Assembly: GCF_006345805.1 (NCBI RefSeq)
Contig: NC_043004.1
Span: forward strand, 40,858,001-40,922,000
Origin: Octopus sinensis
Lineage: Eukaryota
DNA length: 64,000 nucleotides
Reading direction: 5' to 3'
Numbering within the stretch: position 1 is the first letter of the stretch; each line of letters starts with the position of its first letter. A model generated the notes under the pieces. It had not been told where the DNA came from. It searched no databases and saw only the letters and a list, made by a program, of their open reading frames with translations. Shown piece after piece: positions 1 to 12,451 of this stretch. Both the position numbers and the translations under genes were made by a program.

Positions 1-114
1 AAACAGAATCTAACATGCTGAGCCTAACCACAACAGAAAGCATTTCTCTAAAAGCTGTGTGAGAAAATATGTAAAGTGATTAGTATTAGGCATATTCGTC
101 AAGCTAAATTAAAC

Positions 115-646
115 CATGGTCGTACCACATAAAAAGTATCCATGCTGGCACCATGTAAAAATCACTTGTGTCTGCGCCACGTGGTTGCTGCTGCCAGTGC
201 TGTCTGGCTGGCACCCATGCCAGTGGCACATAAAAACACCAGTCAAGCATTGAGTCTCATGGAGGCAGTGACAGGTGGCCGAGACCTTTGGTGATATACC
301 GTGCTTGTGTAGACCTGTAAAGCCAAGTGAGACTGTAGTCATGGCAGATGTGAGTGTCAGGTCAATAGCACCCGTTCAGGTGACATAAAAAGCACCCACT
401 ACACCGTTCAACCCATGCCAGCATCGAAATCAAACATTAATTGATGATGATGGTGAAAAGTACCCATGCTAGTGCCACATAGAAAGCACCTAGTACACTT
501 GTAAAGTTGTTGCTATTAGGAAGGGCATTGAGTTGTAGAAACTACGCCAAAATGACAATTGGAGCTTGGTGTAACCCTCCAGTTTGCCAGCACTGATCAA
601 ACCATCCAACCCATGCCAGCATGGAAAGAGGATGCTAAATGATGAT
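115..646 (+). mobile_element. Two degenerate copies of retroposon family D ((GAT)n-tailed; ...ttaggaagggcatccagc...aacccatgctagcatggaaag...gatgatgat)
   Basis: Same 3' motifs as the copies at 31140, 42620 and 47880. Each carries the aaaaagcacc module, twice at 26-bp spacing (131/157 and 455/481). Confidence 0.7.
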
Positions 647-745
647 ATTTATTATGCTGGATATGTAGGTTACACCCCACAACATTTGTACCATTGTATC
701 AGATCTGACTTACTGTTATTCATCAACAACCTTAACTAACACATA

Positions 746-1251
746 CTGTAAATCTTCGAGTATAATCTGCATTTCTTTCCCAAAATTTAAAGGTCAAAAT
801 CCCTAGTGCGTATTATACACAAGGTTAAAAATGAAAATTAATTTCTAAGCAATGTTCAAGTCTCTATTTGCTGTCCGGCAATGTTTATTCAGACGCATTT
901 TGTGATGTTGGGCTCAAAAATATCTTAAGCTAAGCCTGAAAGCAATGAAGTCATAAAAGAATCATCCATAACTTGCAGTAAGCAACATTTATTAAAATAA
1001 AAGTATTCAGAACACAGAATAACATGTAACAAAAACAATTTGCAAACATATTTACATTCCCATATAACATTATTATGTTACGCATGCACAGATATGTTTG
1101 TTCGACTAGGTGCTGCTGGCTTAATTATGCATGACTCAAGTTGGAGAAGGTTTGCGTATCATATACAAGATTTAGGTTTTTCAGAGGTACAGCCCCCTAA
1201 AAATCCCCTGTGTATTATACTCAAGGGTGGACTATACTCGAGGATTTATGG
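746..1251. mobile_element. pogo/Tc1-type MITE with ~22-bp TIRs
   Basis: Left end TA|CTGTAAATCTTCGAGTATAATC is the inverted complement of the right end GACTATACTCGAGGATTTATGG. Confidence 0.7.
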
Positions 1252-1486
1252 TTTATATATATATATATATATATATAAGCAAAGAAGCTAGTAATAAAAT
1301 CTCTGTAAGAGATGAACAGAGTAACTGTACTGGCAAGTAATGTTTGTCACCACTTCAACATGGCTGTTCTGTTCAAACAAATGTTACTGTGATTTTTTAA
1401 CTCCAAGAGGGCATTTCTTCCAGCTGGTTAACAATGCAACCTGCAGGGGAGCTAAGCCCTACCTCCTTCTAGCAACAGCAGCAGCA

Positions 1487-1682
1487 GTGGAGGTGCAATG
1501 GCCAGTGGTTAGGGCAGTGGACTCGTGGTCGGAGGATCGCGGTTTCGATTCCAAGATCGGGCGTTGTGTGTGTTTATTGAGCGAAAACACCTAAAGCTCC
1601 ACGAGGCTCCAGTAGGGGGTGGTGGCAACCCCTGTTGTACTCTTTAGCCCCAACTTTCTCTCACTCTTTTTTCCTGTTTCCT
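1487..1682 (+). mobile_element. tRNA-derived SINE family B, 5' half
   Basis: A-box tggccagtgg and B-box ggtttcgattcc. It matches the copies at 5066, 52219 and 53200. Confidence 0.85.
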
Positions 1683-1684
1683 AT

Positions 1685-1880
1685 GCAACCACTGAGGCTG
1701 GATGCGCATTCATCCATCCATCGATGCTCTCGGTATCGGGGGTTGACCTGCTTTCTCTTCTGCGGGTGTTACGAATAGCAAAGGACGTTTCGGATTTCTC
1801 CCATCTTGCGATCTCTGGGACAAAGACCGTTCGCTCAACACCAGATGAGGCTGGTTTCAGGCTATTTCTGCCCTTGCACT
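1685..1880 (-). mobile_element. Probable 3' fragment of a non-LTR retroelement (RTE-like) with a (GATG)n tail
   Basis: GC-richer block that truncates the SINE. The minus strand ends in gatggatggatg and has a weak RDRK-W-like RTE C-terminal motif. Confidence 0.4.
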
Positions 1881-1989
1881 AGATCACAGTAATGTTTGTT
1901 CAAACAGAACAGCCATGTTGAAGTGGCGACAAACATTATGTGTGTGTGTATATATATATATACATACACACACACACACATTTTCTCTA

Positions 1990-2034
<45 letters not shown>

Positions 2035-2172
2035 TTTCTCTATCTTTTCAATAAATCTCTTTGTTTATGGTTTTACACACAAAAATTAAGTGCTCAGTAC
2101 AAAAGTACTTGCAGTGTTGGTGTGTAGAGTTTTTGTACATATGTGTATATATTTGTGTAACTATGTTGTCAG

Positions 2173-2302
2173 ATCCATCTCTCAGCTTCATGTCTATTTT
2201 GAAATGGATTTCCAACCAAGGATATTGAAAATCCATTGTGAACTCAAATTATGGAGACACTTCTATCTCTGTTGGGATCACAGATATTCACATGGTATGC
2301 CA
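2173..2302 (+). other. Candidate internal exon (plus strand, unidentified)
   Basis: tgttgtcag| acceptor and |gtaagt donor flank 130 nt of non-repetitive sequence with one fully open frame (SISQLHVYFEMDFQPRILKIH...). No homology recognised. Confidence 0.25.
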
Positions 2303-2442
2303 GTAAGTATGTATGTATCTAACAGTGCATCATTATCACATATGCACGATCAGACTTTTTTTCCCCCACTCTTTCTCCCTTTTTAAATACACAGTTCTAA
2401 TATAGAAGGCATTCATGTCACTAACTGCATCCCATCCTAAAT

Positions 2443-2475
2443 AATACATACATACATACATACATACATACATGC

Positions 2476-2506
<31 letters not shown>

Positions 2507-2581
2507 CATATACATATACATACATATACATATATATATATATATATATATACATACATATACATACATATACATACATGC

Positions 2582-2612
<31 letters not shown>

Positions 2613-2929
2613 TATATACATACATACATATACATACATACATATATATACATACACACATATATATACATATACATATGTACATATATATATACATATA
2701 CATACACACATATATATACATATACATATGTACATATATATACATATACATACACACATATATATACATATACATATGTACATATATATACATATACATA
2801 CACACATATATATACATATACATACACACATATATATACATATACATACACACATATATATACATATACATACACACATATATATACATATACATACATA
2901 TATATACATACATACATATATATATATAC

Positions 2930-2962
<33 letters not shown>

Positions 2963-2968
2963 CATACA

Positions 2969-3000
<32 letters not shown>

Positions 3001-3049
3001 CATATATATACATACATACATATATATATTCATACATACATATATATAC

Positions 3050-3112
<63 letters not shown>

Positions 3113-3117
3113 CATAC

Positions 3118-3150
<33 letters not shown>

Positions 3151-3159
3151 CATACATAT

Positions 3160-3190
<31 letters not shown>

Positions 3191-3564
3191 CATACATATA
3201 TATATACATACATATATATATATATATACATACATACATACATATATACACACATATATATATACACATACATACATACACATACATACATATATACATA
3301 AATACATACATACATACATATATATACATACATACATATATACATACATATATATATATACATACATATATATATATACATACATACATATATATACATA
3401 CATACATATATATACATACATACATATATATACATACATACATATATATACATACATACATATACATACATACATATACATACATACATACACATACATA
3501 CACATACATACATACATACACATACATACATACACATACATACAACATATATATATATATATAC

Positions 3565-3614
<50 letters not shown>

Positions 3615-3618
3615 TAGT

Positions 3619-3652
<34 letters not shown>
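2443..3652. repeat. ~1.2-kb compound (TA)n/(TACA)n/(CA)n microsatellite
   Basis: Directly visible. It is the source of the Y/I/H/T and M/Y/V/C ORFs. Confidence 0.97.
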
Positions 3653-4097
3653 GCGCACACACACAAGTAAATCAATAGCTATCTAGTTCAACAGATAAAT
3701 AGATAACTAAGTTTCGGTAGAATGATGGACAGATTAATTGGGCAGATCATTCCCATACACACATCGTTGTTTTGTATGCACGTATGTATATGCACAATTA
3801 TGTGTTAGATTATACATAAGTTGTAAATGTATGTATAGATGTATGACAATAGTTTGTGTACATGTGTATAAATATGTGTATGTGTATACACTTTATCTGT
3901 TTGCTTGTTGGTGTGTATACTTGCGTGAATGTAAATTATGTGTGTAGCTACCCACCCATCAGTTACATGAATACCAAAGTGCTTGCTAGAGTGCGTGCAA
4001 GTACACATACGTGTGTGTGTGTGTGTGTGTGTGTGTATAATTTTGTATATATGTGCTGTTCACTTGGATGAACACACACACATGCTTAATGTATGTA

Positions 4098-4492
4098 TAC
4101 TCTTTTACTTGTTTCAGTCATTTGACTGCGGCCATGCTGGAGCACCGCCTTTAGTCGAGCAAATCAACCCCGGGACTTATTCTTTGGAAGCCCAGTACTT
4201 ATTCTATCGGTCTCTTTTGCCGAACCGCTAAGTGACGGGGACGTAAACACACCAGCATCGGTTGTCAAGCAATGCTAGGGAGACAAACACAGACACACAC
4301 ACACACATACATATATATATACATATATACGACAGGCTTCTTTCAGTTTCCGTCTACCAAATCCACTCACAAGGCATTGGTCAGCCCGGGGCTATAGCAG
4401 AAGACACTTGCCCAAGATGCCACGCAGTGGGACTGAACCCGGAACCATGTGGTTGGTTAGCAAGCTACTTACCACACAGCCACTCCTGTGCC
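4098..4492 (-). mobile_element. tRNA-derived SINE family A (OR2/CORE-like), full length
   Basis: Head ggctgtgtggtaagtagcttgc...ggttccgggttcagtccc, CORE-like gcatcttgggcaagtgtcttct, internal (AT/GT)n, and tail gaaacaagtaaaagagta. More than 12 copies in the window. Confidence 0.9.
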
Positions 4493-5065
4493 ATGTGTAT
4501 GTATATTTGTCAGCTTGTATATATATGTGCATACATGTACATGTTTGCATGTAAGTATGTCCCATGAGGTTATCAGAGACAATGGGCCTTTTCAAGGCCC
4601 CCACCAACCCCACTTTACACTATTAACTTCATACCATAGAACATCTAAAATACAATAATTACACCATCACCACCACCAAGTTTTTCATCTTCAGAGTCAT
4701 CTCATCAACACCATTATCACTATTATTATCTTCCACACTAGATCTTAATCATCAACACAGCCATCACCTCAGTTATTACTATTATCATAATCATCATCAT
4801 CATTGCCATCCACACCACCATTTTCACTATATATATCACCAATGCAAACACACCAATCTCAAACCATTTCACTACCTACCATCATAACCACCACCTTATC
4901 ACCATCATCAATGAGAATACTGATTATCATCATCATCATCATTCTCATCATCATCTAGAGCAGTGTTTCTCAGCCACTTTTTGCCAATGGACCCCTTCGG
5001 TTCCTGTCTTACCCAGGTGGACACCCATAAACCAGTCAATGTTCAAAAAATCCTATTATATTCTT

Positions 5066-5378
5066 TTTTTTTTTTGGTCGCCCTTTTCAAGCCTAGTCAG
5101 GCTCATGGGCCCAGTTTCCCAGTTTCTGTGGCGTATGTGTCCCCCCAGCTGGACAGGATGCCAGTCCATCACAGTGTTACTCAAGAAACAGAAAGAGAGA
5201 GTGAGAGAAAGTTGTGGCGAAAGAGTACAACAGGGGTCGCCACCACCCCCTGCTGGAGACTCATGGAGCTTTTAGGTGTTTTCACTCAATAAACACACAC
5301 AATACCTGGTCTGAGAATCGAAACCACGATCCTCCAAATGCAAGTCCACTGCCCTAACTACTGGGCCATTGCGCCTCC
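5066..5378 (-). mobile_element. SINE family B, full length
   Basis: Pol III boxes at the right end, T-run tail at the left, and an 11-bp TSD attatattctt (5055-5065 / 5379-5389). Confidence 0.9.
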
Positions 5379-5405
5379 ATTATATTCTTATAATTGAATA
5401 TTATT

Positions 5406-5670
5406 AGGAAGCTTGCCTGGTTTCGTCACGTATTCCACCACAACTCCATGCCCCAAAACCATTCTTCAGGGCAGAGTTGAGAGAGGGCAAAAGAGAAGCA
5501 AACAGAGAAAACCCTGGTTTGACAACATCAAGGACTAGACAGGTTACAATATTGCAAACTCACTTGGCATGACAGATAAGAGACCAGTGGCAATGGCTGA
5601 CTATGAAAGCATCTAGAGTGGCACCCTATTGACTGGATGCATCAGTTAAGGGATCTCGATGATGAGGATT
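5406..5670 (+). mobile_element. RTE-clade LINE 3' fragment
   Basis: Conceptual translation with a frameshift gives RKLAWFRHV...KTILQGRVERG..R..QRKPWFDNIKD, the conserved RTE C-terminal signature (WFGHV...LQG.VEG.R.RGR...W.DNI). Confidence 0.8.
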
Positions 5671-6145
5671 ATTATGAATTGTATAAAAAATTGTTAAACC
5701 ATTTCATGTATAGTAGAAGTATAACCAAGTTATTACACAAAAATTGTTTCAACAAAATTTCATAAGGACCCTCAACACTTAAGGGTCATATCGACCCTGG
5801 CTGAGAATCACTGATCTGGATCACTCACTAGTCCAGCACCACATTCACCACCACCACCATCATCTTTATCACTACTACTACCACTGCCCTCAATATCACA
5901 AACACCACTATTTGGGTTATGTTTCTGGAGCCCTTATGGCTAATTTAGTCTCTGACATGTTTGTAAATGAAACAAAACGTGTTTTGTTGGACTCATTGTT
6001 TTTACTAAAAGAAATTAACACTCAGACCGAGCACTTTGAGTCCATAATTCTAAATGGCCTAACAATGTTCCAATGAACAAGTAGACATTAAATGTTGTTG
6101 ATGATGATCTAAATGACAACAGACACTCTTAAGTAAACAATTTGT

Positions 6146-6537
6146 GGATCTTTTCGGTTTGAATGGCAGTTTTTAACATAATTTCTAGGTAACTAAAAAA
6201 TGTTAAACTTCGTATACTGGTAGAATGTGTTTATAAAACATCTTTTTCTCTTGGCTTTATTGAGAAAATTCTATAGTTTGTAAGATATTTAGTCTTTAAT
6301 TTCTTGCATTTCGGCAATTTCAACCAATCAATGACCGTCTATTGAGGTGAAAACATTATGTGCCATATGAATATGTCTCTCGTTTAAGAAACAGATTGGG
6401 TTTATTTACATTTGTGAAGCCCCACCCCTAACCTAAAACAGATTGAAATGCAATAGGTCAATACTAGGGTTGTAATTATGGGTGACAATTTCATATGACA
6501 CCGCTAGAAAAAACTGCCGTTCAAACAAAAAGCATCC
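6146..6537 (+). mobile_element. ~400-bp MITE with 29-bp GG-terminated TIRs (GGATCTTTTCGGTTTGAACGGCAGTTTTT), copy 1
   Basis: TIRs visible; perfect 8-bp TSD caatttgt (6138-6145 / 6538-6545). Confidence 0.92.
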
Positions 6538-6704
6538 CAATTTGTTTTAGCAAAGTGGTCAATAAACCAAGTATATTTTTTGATCCAATCAAACTTACAA
6601 CTCTTAATAGCTAGATACGTAGATGTTATATCAGACAAATGTTTGTTGTATGAAACAGATTGAATTAAATCTCAAATAAAAAATGGCTTTGTGCTTAAGA
6701 AGCT

Positions 6705-7054
6705 TGTTTTGCAACCACATGGTTTCAGGTTCAGTCCCACTGTGTGGTACCTTGAACAAGTGTCTTTCACTGGACCTTGCAAGTGAATTTGATAGAAACC
6801 ATGTGGTAGTGGTAGTGTCACGTGTGTGTGTGTTTGTTTGTTTGTCACCCCACTGTTTGACTACCAGTGTTAGCTTCTGTAGGCCCCCACTAACCTAGCA
6901 GTTCAGCAAAAGAGATTGAAGAGGTAAGTACCAGACTTCAAAAAAAAAAAAAAGAACATGTAAATACTGGAGTCAATTTGTTTTAGTGAAACCCTACAAG
7001 ATGGTGCCCCAGAATGGTCGCAGTCCAATGACTGAAACAAGTCAAACAATAAAA
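6705..7054 (+). mobile_element. Degenerate SINE family A copy
   Basis: Head, CORE-like and tail motifs are recognisable but diverged. Confidence 0.75.
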
Positions 7055-7237
7055 GAAACTTCAATTATCAGATCAAAGAAGAACCTTAACACAAGATGTT
7101 TTTAGTAAAAACATCACCAGAGAAGTAATAACAAAACAGTATTGTGAAAGTAAAACTGAACCAGTCTCATTAACTAGATGGCCATTTTATCAAACATGTA
7201 TAAGTAAACAAAATCAAAGGTTATTACAATATTACTG

Positions 7238-7578
7238 TGAAGGTGCATGGCTCAGTGGTTAGAGCATCGAGCTTACGATCGTGAGGTTGTGAGCTCGAAT
7301 CATGGACCAGGCTGCATGTTGTGCTCTTGAGCAAGACACTTTATTTCACGTTGCTCCAGTTCACTCAGCTGTAGAAATGAGTCGTGACATCACAGGTGCC
7401 AAGCAGTATCGGCCTTTGCCTTTCCTTTGGATAACACTGGTGGCATGGAGAGGGGAGACCGGTATTCATGGGCGACTGCTGGTCTTCCATAAAAGCAACC
7501 TAGCCTGGACTTCTACCTGGGAGGGTAACTTTCTAGGTGCAATCCCATGGTCTGTGTCATGACTGAAGGGGGTCTCAG
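7238..7578 (+). mobile_element. tRNA-derived SINE family C
   Basis: A/B boxes (tggctcagtgg, gctcgaatc); 12-bp TSD acaatattactg; matches the copies at 39911 and 60017. Confidence 0.9.
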
Positions 7579-7639
7579 ACAATATTACTGGTTTTGCCAA
7601 ATTGAAAACTAATTCAGCTGAACAGGATCGAAACCATTC

Positions 7640-8100
7640 TTTACAAAAATGCTGTGCTTGAGAAGACTCGTCAAGCCATGTGAAATCATAGTTGTGACTC
7701 CTTCCAGTGTCATGTGAACGGCACCCATAAAATTGTAATCGTGGCTGTTTCCGGTAGCATGATCTTTGAATGTCGGGCCTCACAGAGGTGATAGCAAGTG
7801 ACCAAGACCACTGGCGATATGCAGTGCTTGAAAAGACTTGCCAAGCCAAGTGGAATTGTAGTTGTGGCCACAGCGAATGTTATATAAGTGGTACTGGTCA
7901 AGTTGTAATTGTGGTTGTTGATGGTGAAATATAAAAAGCACCCATTACATGCTTGAAGTGGTTGGCATTAGGAAGGGTATCCAGCCACAGAAAATGCATC
8001 AAATCAGACTGGAACCTGGTGCAGTCCTTTGGCTTACCTGTTCCAGTCAAACCATCTAACCCATGCAGTAAGAACAGTGGATGTTAAATGATTATGATGA
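7640..8100 (+). mobile_element. Degenerate retroposon family D copy
   Basis: aaaaagcaccc...ttaggaagggtatccagcc...aacccatgc...gatgatgg. Confidence 0.7.
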
Positions 8101-8394
8101 TGGTGTTTAGTAATAAATTTTTTTTAAATTCATTAATTTACGAAGAAATAAAATAGTCAAAGAGAAACACTAACACACTTTGAATTGAAGTTATAGCTAT
8201 GGGTGATTGAGTAATAGTTTGTCACACGGAAGGTTTAGTAGACATACTGAGGTTTTACTGAATTGAAAATACACCCAGTGTTAGTTTCAACAAACAAGTT
8301 AACAAGGAAAGTTGATAGACAAATATATATTTGATCAAACTTATAAGGGTTTTTGGCTACAGTAAGTGTAGTTAAGGTTTTCTTTTTAAATAAA

Positions 8395-8712
8395 GAATCA
8401 GAAAATAATTGAGCAAAAATGAATGCTCAATGATTAAAATAAAATAGAGAGAAAAGGGGAGTAATAGAAGAAGAAAGAGCTGAGAAAGAAATGAAATCAC
8501 AGGTGAGAGGTAAGAGAACAGGTGAGAGAGAAGGAAAAGAAAAAGAAGAAAGGATAGTGAAAGAGGGAAGGAAGAAGCTAGTAATAAAGAGAGAAGAAAG
8601 AAAAGTTGAGAGAGAAGAAAAAACAGGTACATGAAAGAACAGATTTGAAAAGAGAAGAGAGGGCAGGCAAGAGAAATAGAGAAAAAGACACCATGGAAAA
8701 AGAAGAGGCAAA
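8395..8712. repeat. Purine-rich (GA/GAA) low-complexity tract
   Basis: Directly visible. Confidence 0.8.
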
Positions 8713-8859
8713 AATGGATAAACTGCAATAGAAGTGAATTAAAACCAAAAAATAGAATTTGAAAAAGTGTCAATGTGTCTGTGAGAAACATTAGTGCTTA
8801 TTTCAGCTAAACTTTGTAGTTCATGATACAGGCAGCTAAAACTGTATAATACTTAATTT

Positions 8860-9264
8860 GGACCTTTTCGGTTTGAACGGCAGTTTTTTCTAGCAGTGTC
8901 ATATGAAATTGTCACCCATAATTATGACCCTAGTATCGATCTATTGCATTTGAATCTGTTTTAGGGTTAGGGGTGGGGGGAAGGATATCTTTTTTTTTCT
9001 TCACAAATGTAAATAAACCCAATCTGTTTCTTAAACGAGGGACATATTCATACGGCTCAGAATGTTGTTTACCTCAATGGACGTCAGTGATTGGTTGAAA
9101 TTGCAGAAAAAAAACAACAAATATCTTACAAACTATAGAATTTTCTCAATAAAGCCAAGAGAAAAAGATGTTTTATAAACACATTCTACCAGTATACGAA
9201 GTTTAAAATTTTTTTAGTTACCTAGAAATTATATTAAAAACTACCGTTCAAACCGAAAAGATCC
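8860..9264 (-). mobile_element. GG-TIR MITE copy 2
   Basis: Same TIRs in the opposite orientation; TSD cttaattt/tttaattt. Confidence 0.9.
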
Positions 9265-10108
9265 TTTAATTTTTATTTTTATACTAACCTGCCTAAGACC
9301 ATCTCTGTGTCTGTGACTGAAAAGCTCCTGTTTAAAAATGTATTTAAATTAAAACCCTTTATCAAAATCTTATGTAAGAACCTATTATGTTCCAAATCCC
9401 AGCTTCATGAAACAGTTAATTATTTTATTAAATCTCTGCTAAATTCTTGATTACTCCCAAATTGAATTGAAACACCAAGGCAGTGTCTATCTGTAAAAAC
9501 ATGATATATCACCAAGCAATTAAATATTGCATCAAAAACCTATGTAATATGCAATCTAAACCCAGGAAAGCAATTACTTAAGTCATATGATCTCAACACA
9601 TATATCCTAAAACAGTAACGAACCCTCCTATCTGGGTATCAATTTGGTTTACACTGAAGCATAAGTGTATATTTCTTATGAACAAAATCCAAAGATACAC
9701 AGTCATTGACATGCCTATCAATATATCACTTGATATTGATTTCATCAATATAACATACACAATAAGGCACTTGGCCTAGTGGTTAGGGAGTCGCACTCAC
9801 AACCAAAAGATTGTGGTTTCAATTCCCAGACTGGTGGTACATTGTGTTCTTGAACAAAACACTCATTTCACACAAAGACTAATTTATCAACACACATTAC
9901 TTAACCGAGTTAACACAAACACATATACTCCAAACTAGTTAAGTGAAAAAAAAAGAAGTAAAGAACTACACATACTAATCTACCATTCCTAACACCTACC
10001 AAATTTCTCAAATGTTTATGTAGATCTTCCTATGACGAAAGACATTTGAGCTAAGCCCATCCCATTTTTTCAAACAGTATGTATCAAGAACATTATTAAA
10101 TGTCTTTC

Positions 10109-10578
10109 CCCTTTTTAAGAGTGTGTCACTTGAGGGAGATTGGACTGCTATTTTCAGCAGTTTAAGTGACCCTTTTAAGATTCCCTCATTGGCTTGATCA
10201 TCATCATCATATTCCTGTTGGCCCTCCTTTTTAAGATTGTGTCACTTGAGGGAGACTGGGCTGCTATTTTCAGCAGCTTAAGTGACCCTTTTGAGATTCC
10301 CTCATTGGCTTGATCATAATCCTCATATTCCTGTTGGCCCTCCTTTTTAAGATTGTGCCACTTGAGGGAGACTGGGCTGCTATTTTCAGCAGTTTAAGTG
10401 ACCCTTTTGAGATTCCCTCATTGGCTTGATCATCATCATCATATTCCTGTTGGCCTTCCTTTTTTAAGATTGTGTCACTTGAGGGAGATTGGGCTGCTAT
10501 TTTCAGCAGTTTAAGTGACCCTTTTGAGATTCCCTCATTGGCTTGATCATAATCATCATATTCCTGTTGGCCCTTCCT
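10109..10578. repeat. Four tandem copies of a 116-117-bp unit
   Basis: The anchor gtcacttgagggaga recurs at 10125, 10241, 10357 and 10474. Confidence 0.95.
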
Positions 10579-11459
10579 CAAGACACAAAATGTTTAGATT
10601 CTCCAGAAGTTGATTGCTCTGAAGTCAGCACACAGTGAATGTGTAGAAAGAAATGGTCTACATAAAGCTAGAGTGCCAGTTAACTCCTTAAAGGCTCACA
10701 GCAAATGGTTTTATAAAAATCCTATCACCACATCAACAATGGCATAGATAGTAGACAACCAGACATTAGAAATTTCGCAACGTTTAGTTTAATGCGTCAT
10801 AACTGACAAATTGGAATCCGTAATGCAACTCTTTAACCTTTCAACTAAGATCGGTACTACAAAGAGTTAGAATAATATATCAAACTTGATTCAATTGGCC
10901 TGATGCCTTGTCAAAAGAAATCTATAATTCAGAGCAACATAGATTTTTACAGATGACGATGATTTTCTCTTGTAGTGATTTTTTTTTTCTTGTTCGTATA
11001 TAACAACATATATATATATATAAATATATATATGATGTCTGGTAAACATACAAAAACCCAATTAACACGTTAGATCTTGTACGTACAAGATGTCAAATTA
11101 CAGAAGTTATTAGTATAACAAGACCATTTAGTGAAAGAAGATAAAAGTAATTATGAAAGTCTTCATCGGCTGTGAAGAACAATCAGGATATAAACAGCTT
11201 TCTTAATACGTTCAACACTTCTCTACTTTTCTCCATTGCTATTTTTGAAAACTACCAACAAGAGTGCCAAAAAGAATTTACTGTTCTGGCTCCACGAAAC
11301 AGCAGTTAATATAAATGAATTTTATTGTTTAAAATTTGGTCCTTTCCAAACGTCTCACAAGTGACATGTTGTCAATAGAAATTCTTTTACATTGCCATTA
11401 AAAATGTATAAATTCAATAATAAACATAAACTCAATAAAAATGTATAAATTCAATAACA

Positions 11460-11843
11460 GGCACGGGTGTGGCTGAGTGGTAAGAAGCTTGCTTCTCAAC
11501 CACATAATTCCGGGTTCAGTCTCGGTGTGTAGCACCTTGGGCAAGTATTTACTATAGCCTCAGACCAACCAAAGCCTTGTGAGTAGGTTTGGTAGAGAGA
11601 AACTGAAAGAAGCCCAGCATACATATGAACATCTATGTGTGTGTGTCTTTGTGTCTGTCCTCCCATTACTGCTTAACAACCAATGTTGGGGTGTTTGTCC
11701 CTGTAACTTAACAGTTTGGCAAAAGAACCTGATAGAGTAAGTACTAGGTTTAAAAAATAAGTCCTGAGGTCAGTTTGTTCGACTAAAACCCTTCAAAGCA
11801 GCAGTCAAAATGATTGAAACAAGTAAAAGAAGAAGAATAAAAG
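11460..11843 (+). mobile_element. SINE family A copy
   Basis: Family head, CORE-like and tail motifs. Confidence 0.85.
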
Positions 11844-12015
11844 CATAATACTAATAGATTATATTTCTTCTGCTAGTGCCAGGATTCTCATTATGTGTGG
11901 AAAATGCTGCCCATAAGACTGATCGTGATGGAAGCTTTACTTTAGGCTATCTAGGTAGAGATGCCACATGACCTAATGTGTATTGCACTCAGGGTTGCAA
12001 GATTGTGGTTTCAAC

Positions 12016-12451
12016 CAGTGCTGGATTAACCATTAAACAAAATAAGCTCATGCTTAGGGCACTATGGGAAGGCGAGGATGGGGGACCCCCAAAGAAATGG
12101 TAAATGGTTTATGTCACAAATGAAATCACTTTATACCTGCCAAAAATAATATTGAAAGTGGTTTATATGATTGGAAATATAATTTTGAAGTGTTCGTGGT
12201 GTCCAAGGAGGATCTGGTTAAAGACTTTGCAAATTAAAAAACAAAGTGCGAGAAAATTTTTCAGATATAAATAAAGTGGAAGTATACGAAAATAAACATT
12301 ATTTTCTCTCTTACTGTTAGTTTTGTTTCATTTAAAAAAAATAAAAATTTATTTCATGGTTTATTGTTGGTTATATTTTGAATTGCATATACATGGGGGC
12401 ACCAAAATCTGCCAAGTGCTCAGGGCCTCTATCAGTCTTAATCTGGCCCTG
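12016..12451. mobile_element. hAT-type MITE inserted into a SINE head
   Basis: TIRs CAGTGCTGGATTAA / TTAATCTGGCCCTG; imperfect 8-bp TSD gtttcaac/gttttaat. The interrupted SINE resumes at ~12460-12640. Confidence 0.75.

Larger units (their letters stand above)
1338..1938. mobile_element. TA-flanked element with ~56-bp TIRs containing a nested SINE and LINE fragment
   Basis: 1338-1393 (taatgtttgtcaccacttcaacatggctgttctgttcaaacaaatgttactgtgat) is the near-perfect reverse complement of 1883-1938. Confidence 0.8.
4961..5813. mobile_element. hAT-type MITE hosting a SINE and an RTE fragment
   Basis: Termini CAGTGTTTCTCAGCC / GGCTGAGAATCACTG; imperfect 8-bp TSD atctagag/atctggat. Confidence 0.7.

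Noticed and set aside
2336-3675. Long ORFs of 200-440 aa
   Set aside because: Translations of TA/CA microsatellite that lack stops by composition.
5950-5990. SECIS element (ATGA plus hairpin aacaaaac-gt-gttttgtt)
   Set aside because: It lacks the apical AA at 11-12 nt and the required stem length.
10270-10581. Repetitive acidic ORF (GQQEYDDDDQANEGISKG)
   Set aside because: Arises from the 116-117-bp tandem; the frame is not maintained across all units.
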